Assembly: GCF_964188315.1 (NCBI RefSeq) | Contig: NC_135658.1 | Coordinates: 22,940,001 to 23,004,000, forward strand | DNA length: 64,000 nt | Reading direction: 5' to 3' | Source of the DNA: Podarcis muralis | Lineage: Eukaryota | Shown here: one piece after another, positions 1 to 13,533 of the stretch | How the letters are laid out: each line of letters starts with the position of its first letter | How positions within the stretch are numbered: the stretch's first letter is position 1 | Notes under the pieces: generated by a model | The model's database searches: none | Told to the model about the DNA's origin: nothing | The model's input: the letters and a program-made list of their open reading frames with translations, nothing else | Made by a program: the position numbers and the translations under genes

Positions 1-658
1 ACCACGGACAGAATAATTGCCACACACAGGAAGAACAAAGATATAGTTTAAGTTTTTCACTTGTACATTTATAAATCATTTAATGTGTCAACACAAACAG
101 AAATTATTAATATTGCAGTTGTTATATAAGGGAGTATTGTTATTATGACCGGAATGCAATGAAAATTAATAAGATTTTGGAATGCGGGTTGCGAACATGC
201 CTCCCACACAGATAACATTAACAACCTAAGAGTCCACTGTAATTCGATATTTAAATTATTGATATCAATAATTGTATTATAAACTGGTATTGTTATAATG
301 AGGCTATTATTGGATTGTAAATGAAAACTAATAAAAATATTGTGGGGGGGACTAAAATGTGCATTTCTTACCCACCCTTTGCCCATGCTAAAATGTCTCT
401 CCTATGCAAACTCCCTCCATTTCTGTTTTATAGACTTGCAACCCTTCAAAAGAAATGCATATTTAAATACCCTGAAAACCTGTGCAAAAAGTGGGGTACA
501 CTTTTCACAAAAAGGGCCTAATGCCAAGAGCAAGAATACTTGGCTGAATCCCCCACCCAGCTCTACTTCACTCAAGTCTGACACTTGACCAGGCCTACAT
601 CATTCTGGCTACATTGCAACCCTTGCCTTTCTTTGCCCTCACTTGGAGTTCTGCTTAC

Positions 659-760
659 CGTCTCTCAGCTGACAATTACTCTACGGGCAGAAAGAGAGAG
701 TCCATAAACTGAGTAATGAAACATGGACGTGAGCAGGGAATTTAAAGGCTTCAGGACAAT
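659..760 (-). promoter_or_regulatory. Putative promoter and short non-coding exon module (copy 1); donor at 659/658
   Basis: Minus strand reads ...gccTTTAAAttccctgctcac...cagctgagagacg|gtaagc. Paralogous to 16441-16530. Confidence 0.45.
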
Positions 761-1714
761 GAAATGTAGGCACTCTCTGTCCTGAGCAACACCTCCCATG
801 CTCCACTGATCCATCACAGAGCAGAGCAGATGGAGAGGACTATGAAGTCTTCCTGGTCCTGTGCTTACCTCACCCCCATTACCAGTGGCTTTTAGGAAGT
901 GCCTGCAGAAGCCATTTGCAAGGGGGAGTGAGGAGAGTTATCGGAAGGGTGAGGACATCATTTCAGGGACAAAGACCAGGACCGTACAATTTGCTTTAGG
1001 ACAGGGTTGGGCAAACTGTCACTCTTCAGCCACATGCGGGTCCTCAGCCTAATTGCCACAAGTCCTCAAGCAGGGAGTTCAGACTTCCAGCAAAAGTGAT
1101 GTTACCTTTTCATGGGAAACCACTAAGCATGGAGGAAATGGGGAGGGAGGGCAACACATACAGAAGAGGGTGTCAGAGAGAGGGAAAAGAAGGTGTCTTG
1201 TATCTTGATAACTGTAGCTCCACTGTATGTGTGGATTAGTTTTCTCAAAGGGAGAGTTAGTTCCCTTATCAATCTGCTGTTCACAAAACCATTCAGGTGA
1301 AGCCATGACAGTTCACCTGATAGAAATGTAATATACCTTTGTGGTGTAGATACCGTATGTCCACAGATAACTAGAACGGCAGAATTTCACCATCAGCTTC
1401 ATAGTACCCTTCAGACTTTTACAGCAAGCCTCATACTGTTAGAGACCTACAAAGACCTGTTGGAGGACACAAACAATCATGAGAAAGAAAGGCTAATGCA
1501 GAGCTGCAAAGTCTTTAAAATGTTTATGAGGAGTGGGGAGATGGTGGTATGAGGCAAGTGCTTCCTATCTGCATACAGCAATGACTATCCCTACGAGCCA
1601 AAATAATGGGCCAAGATATACCACACTTGGTGCCTTTAGGTTTGGAAAATCAGCAAGCACCACTTCAGCAAATGAAAGCAATATTGCCCAATACTGTTGT
1701 TTGAATGGAAGGCA

Positions 1715-2228
1715 CTTAGGGACACTTAGAGACATCACCTTGCCAACAAAGGTCCGTATAGTTAAAGCTATGGTTTTCCCAGTAGTGATGTATGGAAGTT
1801 AGAGCTGGACCACAAACAAGGCTGATTGCCAAAGAATTGATGCTTTTGAATTATGCTGCTGGAGGAGACTCTTGAGAGTCCCATTGACTGCAAGAAGATC
1901 AAACCTCTCCATTCTGAAGGAAATCAGCCCTGAGTACTCACTGGAAGGACAGATCCTGAAGCTGAGGCTCCAATACTTTGGCCACCTCATGAGAAGAGAA
2001 GACTCCCTGGAAAAGACCCTGATGTTGGGAAAGATGGAGGACACAAGGAGAAGGGGATGACAGAGGACAAGATGGTTGGACAGTGTTCTCGAAGCTACAA
2101 ACATGAGTTGACCAAACTGCAGGAGGCAGTGGAAGACAGGAGGGCCTGGCGTGCTCTGGTCCATGGGGTCACAAAGAGTCGGACACGACTAAACGACTAA
2201 ACAACAACAACAACAGCAGCAGCACTTT
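1715..2228 (+). mobile_element. 5'-truncated RTE-BovB LINE 3' fragment
   Basis: Encodes DITLPTKVRIVKAMVFPVVMYGS...[16 protein letters not shown] and ends in a (caa)n tail. 17-bp TSD tgtttgaatggaaggca at 1698-1714 and 2229-2245. Confidence 0.92.
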
Positions 2229-3374
2229 TGTTTGAATGGAAGGCAGATACGGACACATCCAGACAAGGAAGCAGACCTGAAAAACTTGGTGCCTACTCGG
2301 GATGAAAAGCCCTCCAACGGAACAACAGCAAGAGCTGCAACATCTTTAGTGAATGCTTTGAAGGAAGAAATGTCTCTGCAATTGATGTCTAAACAGAAGC
2401 ATATGAATATATGGATGGACATTCTGGAAGCAAAGTTTGGGATTTAAAAAGAAAGATGGAGGATAATGAAACACTGATCCACTCACATGGACATCGGAAA
2501 TCTGTTTGTGCAATGGGACTTTTCGTTTCTTTTCTTCCTCTGCCAGCTCCTCATCCCCCCCCCCCCTAAAAATCTGCTCTGGACGGTTCCCCAACCCTTT
2601 GGAGCCCCTGTTGAGGTTCTGCAGGGGATGCAAAGGGAGGAAAGGAAGTCCCATTGCTCAAGGGAGTGTTCTCCACTCAAGTACATCCATGACCTTTAAT
2701 TTCTAAAACAGATTATTGACTCTAGAAAACTGGCTAATCCAAATACCAAAGCTAACTGCTGAAACCAACTGCTGCTTGAAGGCAAGCACTGAAACAAATT
2801 GCTGAACTGTCCCTCTCACCATTTTTTTTGCTGAAATGAATCATTCATTGAAATGAATTTTTATCATCTTAATCTGATACACTATAATGTTACAGGGCTG
2901 GAGGTAGTCTTGTGTCCATTATCCATGATCTTCCTGTTAGATTAACTGAAGTGAGTTATGCATGGGGTGACTTTGAAAACTGTACAGAAAGTTCTGCATG
3001 GGGTATAAAGGCTCTTAAAGGGCTTGTGGACAATTTCACTATATTGCACTAGTGATTTATTGTCTACTCCTTAAATGGCCTAGGAACAGCTTACCTCAAG
3101 GATCACCTCCTCCCAGGTCTACTTACCTGGACCCCAATATCATCATCAGAGGCTCTCTTCCAGTGCTCCTGGATTCAGGGTCTTATAGGTGGTGTCAGCC
3201 GGGTTATGAAATGCCTTCCCTGGAAACGCCCACCTGGTGCCATCTTTGTGATGTTTACTGTCCAAAGTTTTAAAACTGAACCTTTGAATTCACAGGGTTT
3301 TAGGTGTGCTGTGTATATTTTTTGTGATGTTGTATATTCATCTTTATATTGTGTTATTGAAACTGTTGCTTTTT

Positions 3375-4455
3375 TAAAATAAGATATTTATTAATTTTTT
3401 CAAAGAATACACATAGATTTATGAACTAAAAAAAATTACAAACAAAAAATTACAGTGTTGAAAAAAAAAGATAGAAATTACAGAAAAACTAAGAAAAAAT
3501 ACAGATAGAAAATACATACACAAACCCAGAAAAACAAAAAAATGCAAAATTTAAAAAACCAATCCAGTTTTCAGAGCTTGTAGGTTCATTTACTTATTTT
3601 CTTGACTTCCTCACACCTCCCCTTTTTGTATTCCCATTTAAATAGTTGGTTCAGCAAATCCTAGCCTTCTTTCATTTATCTTGACTTTTTATCATGACCT
3701 ACTATAACAATATATTTTCATCCATTATCAATCCATATTTACATATTCTTATTACTCTTATTTACCAACGTCACTTATTTCCAATCCAACGTCATTTTAA
3801 CATTCATTAATTTTACAGTATTTCTGCAGATAGTCTTTAAATTTCTTCCAATCTTCTTCAACCAACTCTTCTCCCAGGTCTCGGATTCTGCCGGTCATTT
3901 CTGCCAATTCCATGTAGTCTATCACCTTGGTCTGCCACTCTTCCAGTGTGGGTAGTTATTGTGTCTTCCAATACTTTGCAATCAGTATCCTTGCTGCTGT
4001 TGTCACATACATAAAAAAGTTTCTATCCTTCTTTGGCACCAATTGGCCGGCCATGCCCAAGAGAAAGGCCTCTGGTTTCTTCAGGAAGATATATTTAAAT
4101 ACCTTTTTCATTTCATTATAGATCATCTCCCAGAAAGCCTTAATCTTTGGGCACGTCCACCAAAGGTGAAAGAATGTACCATCAGTCTCTTTACATTTCC
4201 AACATTTATTATCAGGCAAATGCTAGATTTTTGCAAGCTTGACTGGTGTCATGTACCACCTATATATCATTTTCATAATATTCTCTCTTAAGGCATTACA
4301 TGCCGTAAATCTCAAACCTGTGGTCCACAACTGTTCCCAGTCAGCAAACATAATGTTATGTCCAACATCCTGTGCCCATTTAATCATAGCAGATTTAACC
4401 GTTTCATCCTGAGTGTTCCATTTTAACAGCAAATTATACATTCTTGATAGTATCT
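3375..4455 (-). mobile_element. 5'-truncated L1/Tx1-type LINE (ORF2 C-terminus with CCHC and 3' UTR)
   Basis: CWKCKETDGTFFHLWWTCP motif. TSD tgaaactgttgcttttt at about 3358-3374 and 4456-4472. Confidence 0.88.
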
Positions 4456-5728
4456 TGAAACTGTTGCTTTTTAAAGCTGGAGTGTGGGGGCTGATTCTAT
4501 TGAGATTTATTTTTTAATTAATTAAATGTGTTTGCCCAGAACAACACAAAGTGACTTACAACGAGCCATTAGTGCATTTTAGGGAGGGCATCGCCATATC
4601 CCAGTTCTCTTTTGGCAACATCTCTTCCCCCACCTCTTCATTTCACTTTAGGAAGCAGTTGAGCACACTTCCGGCTTTCTGCATTCTGAGGCCTTTTCCT
4701 CCTCTTAGCCAGGTGACCTCTTCATCTTCCTAGGGCTGAGCACTATGGGAAGCAGCTCCTCCTAACCCACTTCTGTCTGCCACAACCACAAGAAGTGAAT
4801 GTTTCACCTTGTCACCCCTAGTTTGCTCGCACACACTCTGACACACGTGCTGCCTGTATCTCCTCTTCCTGCTCCTCTCACAACTTATAAGAAGGGACAC
4901 ACTTACTCTTCATTTCGTTTCATTTTTATTGGTGAAAGAACAGAACAGGCAATCAATGATATTATAGAAAGATGACTCTCCTGTACTTGCGTATGAGAGA
5001 AATAATCAAAAGGAATTCAATAAGAGAAAATAACATATATAGTCTATGCTGTCAGAAAATTTAGTATTCCGGTGATTCATAAATGAACGTCATTCCGGCG
5101 TTCAATATATTTGTCTGGTGAATGTCTTTTTTATTAATATTTTCAATGAGTTTTACTGTAACAACAAAAGAGTGAACTATAACGAAATGTATCTCAAATG
5201 ATACAGAGAATGAACCAAACATTTCCCCCCAACATAACATGAGGGTTAGCGTGTGTAATATTTTAAGACTTAATTGAAACAAGAGAATCACTTAGCTGGT
5301 TTTTATGATCTGGTGCATGACTACTACATTATAAGCAAGCTTGATTTTTTTTTTTAAAGCAGCCTAAATATACTTGAAAGTTGAAAGAGACCCCAGAGAT
5401 TTCCAAAATCATGCTATATTCTGTCTAAATACAATCCCTTTACCTCATTCAGGGGGTGGGGAATCAGTGACCCCTCCAACAGATGAGTCACTGTTGCTTA
5501 CAAGGAAGGACAGAAAGAGAAGCAGTCGGCACAGTGCAAACACACCACCAGGAGTACTGGATTGGCTCTGCCAGTGTGTTTGCACCACACCAAGCTCCCC
5601 AATGACTTGCCTCTCTCCCTTCCAGCAAGCAGCAGCAGTTCAGCTGTCAGGAGGCCAGGTAAGCACCACCACTCCACCCTGTCATCCTCTGTTGACAGTG
5701 GAAGAGGGCTGTGCAGCAGGGTGGTGGA

Positions 5729-7629
5729 TCAGTCACAACAGAACATCTTCACGTCACGAAGTTCTACTTTACCAAGCATTTGATTCTCATTCGCCACCCT
5801 TGTTTGGATGCCACATATGAAGCCCCTAGGGCAGCGCTTGCTCATTTTGCCCTCTTCCATCCGTTGAAAGATATCTTTCTTCACTTTAGCCCCACCACTG
5901 CAGAGGACCTCAAGGTTACTGACTGCATGAGGAATTAGCGGGTGTGGTAATTCAATAGTCAAAGAAAAGGACACCATGTTGCCTTGGGGGCATTTCTGAA
6001 CCGCAACCCATTCCCCGAGCCTGTAAAGAAAAGGACAAGGATGGCAATGTCTAAATAGAAATTTATATACCACAACTTTGTCAATGTATTTTTATTTTTA
6101 AAGTCTCTCCAGAGATATAATTCCAAATTAGAGCAAAAAGCTTTTTTCAGAAAGGATGTATAGAACAGATTCGCCTTCAAATGTGAACCAATTTGAATTT
6201 TGCCTCCACCCCTAGAAGTAAGTTTCACAGGACTTTGTGCAAGCATGTATATTTTGGGGCTGTTAAACTCAGAGTGTGTCCAGATTACCATTTGCCTTTA
6301 ATCTAGCATGAAATATTTCGATCTACCCCTCCCGCTCCTACCCCAAACTTCCAAGCAACAAGTTAATAAAGGAAGAGAAATTCAAAAAGCTACTCACTTT
6401 CCACTTTTAGACTCTACTGTTTTCCCGTCAGTGCAGTGGAGACGGATGCCCTTCAGAGTGAAATCTTTTCTATAGGCTTCATTTACATCTCTGCGAAACT
6501 GGTGGAGAACAGAGGGGAGGAAAGACTGGTGCTTCAATCTGCATCTGCAGTACTGGCAACATTTATGTGTGAGCAAAACAACATTTTTTCAGTGCAAATT
6601 TCTATGAAATACAATGATGGGGAAAAGCTGTTTGTATTCTGTCTGTGAGACTTTTTATTATATTTGTGGTTACTGATTTATTTTGGGGCACTCTACTCCA
6701 CCCTCAAAAGAGGACAATATTTGCATACTACACAAAGCATATGCAAATTTAATGAAAAGCTGTCCTCAGAGGTGTCGGAGCCTCCGCTACGACCGAGCTG
6801 GAAAAGCTCATCCTCCAGTCGAGTCCTCTGGAATCGCCTCCGACGATGATTAACGACCTGAGCCTCTGATAAGGCTCCAGGCACGTTCCCTCATTACGCA
6901 GAGTATCCAGCAGCAGGGAAGGACGAGAAATATGAGCTACATTGCAAAGAGTTTGATTTCTAGTTACGCATACAGAAAAGCATACATCCTCTCTCTGTGA
7001 AAGCAGAGAGCAACTGGAAAACAAAGGAACAGGAAACCAGTAACATCACATCCGTCTCCCATCTTCCGTGAGACTTCCAACAGCCTCGAATCTCTGGAAT
7101 GCAAAACAGAGTCTTGTGACTCCAAGCACTGCACAGTGGCAACACACGGAAACCTAACATGAGGACCCAGGCCATATACTGTGTGTTGGGGACAGAAAAT
7201 CCTGTTGGCATGCCTGGGATTCAGTAATTAGTAAACTGAACTATATATTAGATGAAACAGACTTGGCATCTTGGTGTTTCTGGGACCCTGCGTGGGTTCT
7301 GTGATAGAGGCTGCATTTTTCATTCTGTCTGCTGCTTTCCCTGCCCTTCTTTCTAAATAAAGGTGTTTGTTTGCTTGTGCTTTTCATACGTCTGTATAAT
7401 ATTGTGACCACGACTTAGCATCAGGGTGTCAAAATTCAGACTATAGATAGGCATTTACCTTCATTTGGAATCCATTTGCATATCCCGTGGGACAGAATTC
7501 AGGTTTTCCCCATATACCATCCTTCCCTCCATTGGACACAGTGAGGACTGCATTATGTTTTCGGTCTTCTGCATCACAGAGATGGTAGGAGAAGAAGAGG
7601 AAGACCACAGCGCTGACAGGGAGCTCCAT
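5729..7629 (-). CDS. VMO1: VMO1-like gene A (divergent), 3 coding exons 7629-7459, 6498-6398, 6020-5729; 187 aa secreted beta-prism protein
   Basis: Spliced ORF: MELPVSAVVFLFFSYHLCDAEDRKHNAVLTVSNGGKDGIWGKPEFCPTGYANGFQMK / [33 protein letters not shown] / KLGEW...ICGIQTRV...DVKMFCCD*. Canonical sites AAG|gtaaat, ccag|TTT, AA|gtgagt, tacag|G. Phases 0/2 match the other paralogs. Signal peptide and all 8 mature Cys present. Confidence 0.88.
6761..7431 (+). mobile_element. LTR-like insertion(s) in the intron between coding exons 1 and 2 of gene A
   Basis: TG-start/CA-end segments with AATAAA near 7356; resembles other LTR-like elements here. Boundaries and TSD unresolved. Confidence 0.4.
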
Positions 7630-7873
7630 GGAAAGTGATCTGCACCAGATCTAGCTGCAAAAACTAAATGGATGAATAACAGCATTAAGAATTTATTCCT
7701 TAGGAATAGTGGCTCTTTCCTCTGGTCCCAAATTTGCATTTTCCTCTGGAGGGAAGTGTGGTTACTTTTGGTTGATGGAGTAAAATCAGTTGATGGCTTT
7801 TCTGACTACACCTTTTGATTTCTAACTAACAAAAATGTGAATTTCTTACCCACCCTTCACCCTTGCCAAAATG

Positions 7874-7996
7874 TACAGCCGTACCTTGGTTCTTGAACAG
7901 AATCCGTTCCGGAAGCCTGTTCAACTTCCAAAAACGTTAAAAACCAAGGCACGGCTTCTGATTGGCTGCAGGAGCTTCTTGCACTCAATAGGAAGC
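7874..7996 (+). mobile_element. Tigger/mariner-type MITE left part (right part about 13773-13907), split by BovB
   Basis: tacagccgtaccttggtt terminus; aggaagcc duplicated on both sides of the BovB. Confidence 0.55.
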
Positions 7997-9152
7997 CCCT
8001 TCATGGATCACTGCCTTGCCGTGGCGAAGGGGCTTGAAGAACTCAAAGAAGCTATGAACTATGCCGAGCAGGGCACCCAAGATGAACAGGTCATAGTGGA
8101 GAGTTTTGACCAAACGTGATCCACCTGGAGGAGGAACCGGCAAGCCACTCCAGTATCCCTGCCAAGAAAACTCCATGGACAAAGACAACAGACATATAAA
8201 AGTTATGACGCTGGAAGATGAGCCCCTCAGGTCGGAAGGCGTCCAACATGCTACTGAGGAAGAGCGGAGGGCAAGTACAAGTAGATCCAGAGCTGATGAA
8301 GCGGCTGGGCTAAAGCCGAAAGGACATTCAGTTGCGGATATGCCTGGAAGCGAAAGGAAAGTCCAATGCTGTAAAGAAAAATATTGCATAGGAACCTGGA
8401 ATGTAAGAACCATGAACCTGGGTAAGTTGGATGTGGTCAAAAATGAGATGGCAAGAATAAATATTGACATCCTGGGCATCAGTGAACTAAAATGGACGGG
8501 AATGGGCGAATTCAGTTCGGATGACCATCATATCTACTACTGTGGGCAAGAAACCCACAAAAGAAATGGAGTGGCCCTCATAGTCAACAAAAGAGTGGCG
8601 AAAGCAGTACTGGGATGCAATCTCAAAAATGATAGAATGATCTCAATATGAATCCAAGGCAGACCTTTTAACATAACAGTAATCCAAGTTTATGCACCAA
8701 CTACTGGTGCTGAAGAAACTGAAACTGACCAATTCTATGAGAACTTACAAGACCTTATAGAAGTGACACTAAAAAAGGATGTTCTTCTCATTATAGGGGA
8801 TTGGAATGCTAAAGTAGGGAATCAAGAGATAAAAGGAACAACTGGCAAGTTTGGCCTTGGAGAGCAAAATGAAGCAGGGCAAAGGCTAATAGAGTTCTGT
8901 CAAGAGAACAAGCTGGTCATCACAAACACGCATTTCCAACAACACAAGAGACGACTCTACACGTGGACATCACCAGATGGGCATCATCGAAATCGGATTG
9001 ATTATATTCTCTGCAGCCAAAGATGGAGAAGCTCAATACAGTCAGCAAAAACAAGACCTGGAGCTGACTGTGGCTCAGATCATCAGCTTCTTATAGCAAA
9101 ATTCAAGCTTAAACTGAAGAAAGTAGGAAAAACCTCTAGGCCGGTAAGATAC

Positions 9153-9587
9153 TGTAATGGAAATTGGGGTTGCTCGTGCGTAAGTTGCCGCCACTCTTGA
9201 CAAGGTTGCCTGGTTAAACCTTTCCCTGGCTGGACAGCCCTGACTCCGCGGCTGTCTCAGTCACTGGCAGAATCCGTCAGTGGGCGTTTCCTGAACTTCT
9301 ACCAGCATAAAAGTTATTTGACGCCAAGTCTCCGCCTAGCCTCCCTGCGCGGAAGTCCTCTGCGCAGGGTGGGTGTGGGCAGCGGAGGACCCGTGCTCTC
9401 CCCGCTGGTCTCTGGCGAACAGTCCTGGAGCCATCTCTCCGAAGCCCTCCTCTGCCCCCCTTTCTCCCTGGTGTCACGCTGATTTCCTTCCCCGGCCAAT
9501 GAGTCCCCTCTCTCCCTGCTGGGCCCTTCTCCGGCATCGCTTGGGAGCCTTGCCTCCACTCCTGGCTCCGATGGCAGTTCCCTGACA
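9153..9587 (-). mobile_element. Solo-LTR-like element inside BovB
   Basis: TGT...ACA ends; 5-bp TSD gatac at 9148-9152 and 9588-9592. Confidence 0.8.
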
Positions 9588-11426
9588 GATACAATCTAAA
9601 TCAAATCCCTTATGAATACACAGTGGAAGTGAGGAACAGGTTTAAGGATTTAGATTTGCTAGACAGAGTGCCTGAAGAACTATAGATGGAGGCTCGCAAC
9701 ATTATACAGGAGGCAGCAACGAAAACCATCCCAATGAAAAGGAAATGCAAGAAAGCAAAGTGGCTGTCCAATGAGGCCTTACAAATAGCGGGGGAGAGAA
9801 GGCAAGCAAAATCCGAGGGAGATAGAGAAAGATACAGGAAATTGAATGCATATTTCCAAAAAATAGCAAGCAGAGACAAGAAGGCCTACTTAAACTAGCA
9901 ATGCAAAGAAATAGAGGAAAACAACAGACTGGGAAGAACCAGAGATCTGTTCAAGAAAATTGGAGATATGAAAGGAACATTTCGTTCAAAGATTGCCATA
10001 ATAAAGGACAAAAGTGGTAAGGACCTAACAGAAGCAGAAGACATCAAGAAGAGGTGGCAAGAATACACAGAGGAATTATACCAGAAAGATATGGATGTCT
10101 CGTACACCCCAGGTAGTGGGGTTGCTGAGCTTGAGCCAGACATCCTGGAGAGTGAAGTCAAATGGGCCTTAGAAAGCACTGCAAATAACAAGGCCAGTGG
10201 AAGTGATGGTATTCCAGCTGAACTGTTTAAAATTTCAAAAGATGATGCTGTTAAGGTGCTACACTCAATATGCCAGCAAGTTTGGAAAACTCAGCAGTGG
10301 CCAGAGGATTGGAGAAGATCAGTCTACGTCCCAATCCCAAAGAAGGGCAGTGCTAAAGAATGCTCCAACTACCGCACAATTGCACTCATTTCACACGCTA
10401 GCAAGGTTATACTTAAAATTCTACAAGGAAGGCTCAAGCAGTATGTGGACCGAGAACTCCCAGAAGTGCAAGCTGGATTTAGAAGAGGCAGAGGAACCAG
10501 AGACCAAATTGCAAACATGCGCTGGATTATGGAGAAAGCTAGAGAGTTCCAGAAAGACATCTACTTCTGCTTCATTGACTATGCAAAAGCCTTTGACTGT
10601 GTCGAACACAGCAAACTATGGCAAGTTCTTAAAGAAATGGGAGTGCCTGATCACCTCATCTGTCTCCTGAGAAATCTCTATGTGGGACAAGAAGCTACAG
10701 TTAGAACTGGATATGGAACAACTGATTGGTTCAAAATTGGGAAAGGAGTATGACAAGGCTGTATATTGTCTCCCTGGTTATTTAACTTATATGCAGGATT
10801 CATCATGCGAAAGGCTGGGCTGAATGAATCCCTAGCCGGAATTAAGATTGCTGGAAGAAATATCAACAACCTCAGATATGCAGATGACACAACCTTGATG
10901 GCAGAAAGTGAGGAGGAATTAAATAACCTTTTATTGAGGGTGAAAGAGGAGAGCGCAAAATATGGTCTGAAGCTCAACATCAAAAAAACGAAGATCATGG
11001 CCACTGGTCCCATCACCTCCTGGCAAATAGAAGGAGAAGTAATGGAGGCAGTGAGAGATTTTACTTTCTTGGCCTCCATGATCACTGCAGATGGTGACAA
11101 CACCCACGAAATTAAGAGATGCCTGCTTCTTGGGAGGAAAGCAATGACCAACCTAGACAACATCTTAAAAAGTAGAGACATCACCTTGCCAACAAAGGTC
11201 CGTATAGTAAAAGCTATGGTTTTCCCAGTAGTGATGTATGGAAGTGAGAGCTGGACCATAAAGAAGGCTGTTCGCTGAAGAATTGATGCTTTTGAATTAT
11301 GGTGCTGGAGGAGACTTTTGAGAGTCCCATGGACTGCAAGAAGATCAAACCTATCCATTCTGAAGGAAATCAGCCCTGAGTGCTCACTGGAAGGACAGAT
11401 CCTGAAGCTGAGGCTCCAATACTTTG

Positions 11427-13533
11427 TTTTTTTGTTTTGTTTTGTTTTTATATAAATTTTTATTGGATTTTCACATTTTATAAAGACATCACACACAAAA
11501 AAAAGACAAAGACAAAAAAACATGTATAATTTCAGATCCTTACTTTCTTAACCTTATTCCCTGACTTCCCCCCACCCCCACCCCTTCATACATCCCAATT
11601 CCCATAATTAAGTCAGCAAGTTCTTATCTCTCCTCCTTACCATATTAATATTTATTTTTTAACTTAACTCTTCTTAGTTGGCCAAATTTCCTTATCCACA
11701 TCTCTTATAAAAATTAAATTCTTTCCTAAGGTCGACCCAAGTTCCCTTCCACAGATTTCCCATTCTTATATTAGATATAGATCATACTAACTAAACCCAA
11801 AAGTCATAAACATTTTTAAGATTCTGTTTTCCCCTCCCTCCCTTCCCCGATTTCAGTCCCTTCCCAAGTACATGTCCACAATAATAGTTCTTAGCCTGTA
11901 TTCCTCACGTCCGAGGCCTTCAAGTCTCTTTCAGTCCCTCTCTGCCGGTTTTGTTGGTAATCCTTTGTGTTGGTCATCGAATCTCGAAGGAGTTCTATCA
12001 CAATCAAACCAGATTTTCTTCCCACCAGAATACTTGATGACAGCTGCTGCAAAAGATCCACCAATCCTTCATATTCAAAGTGGAAGCCAGTGTGGTGTAG
12101 TGGTTAAGAGCGGTAGTCTCGTAATCTGGGGAACCGGGTTCGCGTCTCCGCTCCTCCACCTGCAGCTGCTGGGTGACCTTGGGCAAGGCACACTTCTTTG
12201 AAGTCTCTCAGCCCCACTCACCTCACAGAGTGTTTGTTGTGGGGGAGGAAGGGAAAGGAGAATGTTAGCTGCTTTGAGACTCCTTAAAGGGAGTGAAAGG
12301 CGGGATATCAAATCCAAACTCTTCTTCTTCAATCATATTTCTTATTTCTTTTAAGTTCCTGTATTCCAAATACTCCTGGGGCCCCCTCCTTCATCTTTCG
12401 CATCTTTCGCAGATTTGTGATCCATGTAATCCAAAGGTCTTCTTCCTTATAATCCACTAGTGTAGGCTTCTGGTTGGTACTTTCCATCTGTGCTTTCTCC
12501 ATTCCTTCCTTGCTCTCCTCCAGTTCTTGAGATATCTCTTCTGATTCAGCTGCAGATTTTTTCTCAGTCAAGTCCTTAGTGCATTCAGCAGAGCTGCTTA
12601 TTCCAGAGGTCAAGGTCGTAAGTTGTTTGTTCATAGCCAAACTCTGCTCTTGCAACATTCCCACGAGAAGAAACATTCTTTCTATCTCTGCCTGTAATTT
12701 TCCATCTGCAGCCATTGTAATGTCTCAGAATTCCCCCTAGAGGGATTCTGGTTACTTAGTAGTCTTTTTCCAACAATCCTTTACCTCGTTGTTTATTTCT
12801 TCTTTGTTTCCAACAACTTTAATTCAATTGTAACTCATTTAGTCCAGAGAGATATTAAATAACAAATTTTTTAGCTTTAAACTGCCCGTTTGACAGCTTT
12901 GACAGCTGTCAAACTCCTTATTCCTCTTCAACAGACTCAGACACAGGACGCTCCCGGGTCCGGGAGGGGGGTTACACAAAAAACTTCTAAAATTCCGCTC
13001 TCACACTCCAGCACAAAACTTCTTTTATCAAATCATGGAAATTAATATCTTTTGTCTCACACCGAGAAAAGTAGTCTCTCCACCTTAGTTCTCCGGTTCT
13101 TGCTTTAGATCATTTGTAGGAGTGGGGGTGCGGACTTCCCTTTAGCACATCCCCCGGTCGTACCGAATTCAAGGGTAAGAATTTTAAAGTCCGAATTCCG
13201 TTCTACTCACGGGTTGTTTCTTTTCGGGTCCGAATTTAGGGGAAAAAGTCAGCGCTCTCCGGCCATGGCTCGTGGCTTCGCTCCACTGAAGTAGCGGTCT
13301 ACTCACAGCACCACGCCACTCTCCGTACCCTCTCCGAAGCCTTTAAAAAGGCTCTTCATGGGTCGGGGGGCGCTTAAGGTGCCCGCCGAGTCACCAAGTC
13401 CGCAGGCTTCAGCGCCTGCGGTTTCTGAGGGTCTCCGCATCGCCGTCGCGGCAAGACCCGTCTCCAGCAGAGCTGATTCCCTCCGGAGCTCGGAGGGAAT
13501 CCGCCATTAGCCGATCGCGCTAACCCGGAAGTC
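11427..13533 (-). mobile_element. Internally deleted L1/Tx1-like element (5' end, short ORF1-like region 12715-12329, 3' tail), inserted in BovB
   Basis: Starts gacttccgggttagcg... and ends AATAAA plus A-rich tail. 19-bp TSD ctgaggctccaatactttg at 11408-11426 and 13534-13552. No RT sequence. Confidence 0.8.
12078..12330 (+). mobile_element. tRNA-derived SINE (Squam3-like) nested in the L1-like element
   Basis: A box gtggtgtagtggtt, B-box-like gggttcgcgtctcc, (ctt)n tail. Confidence 0.8.

Noticed and set aside
2232-2447. 71-aa ORF flanking the BovB fragment
   Set aside because: No recognisable motif; probably decayed repeat sequence.
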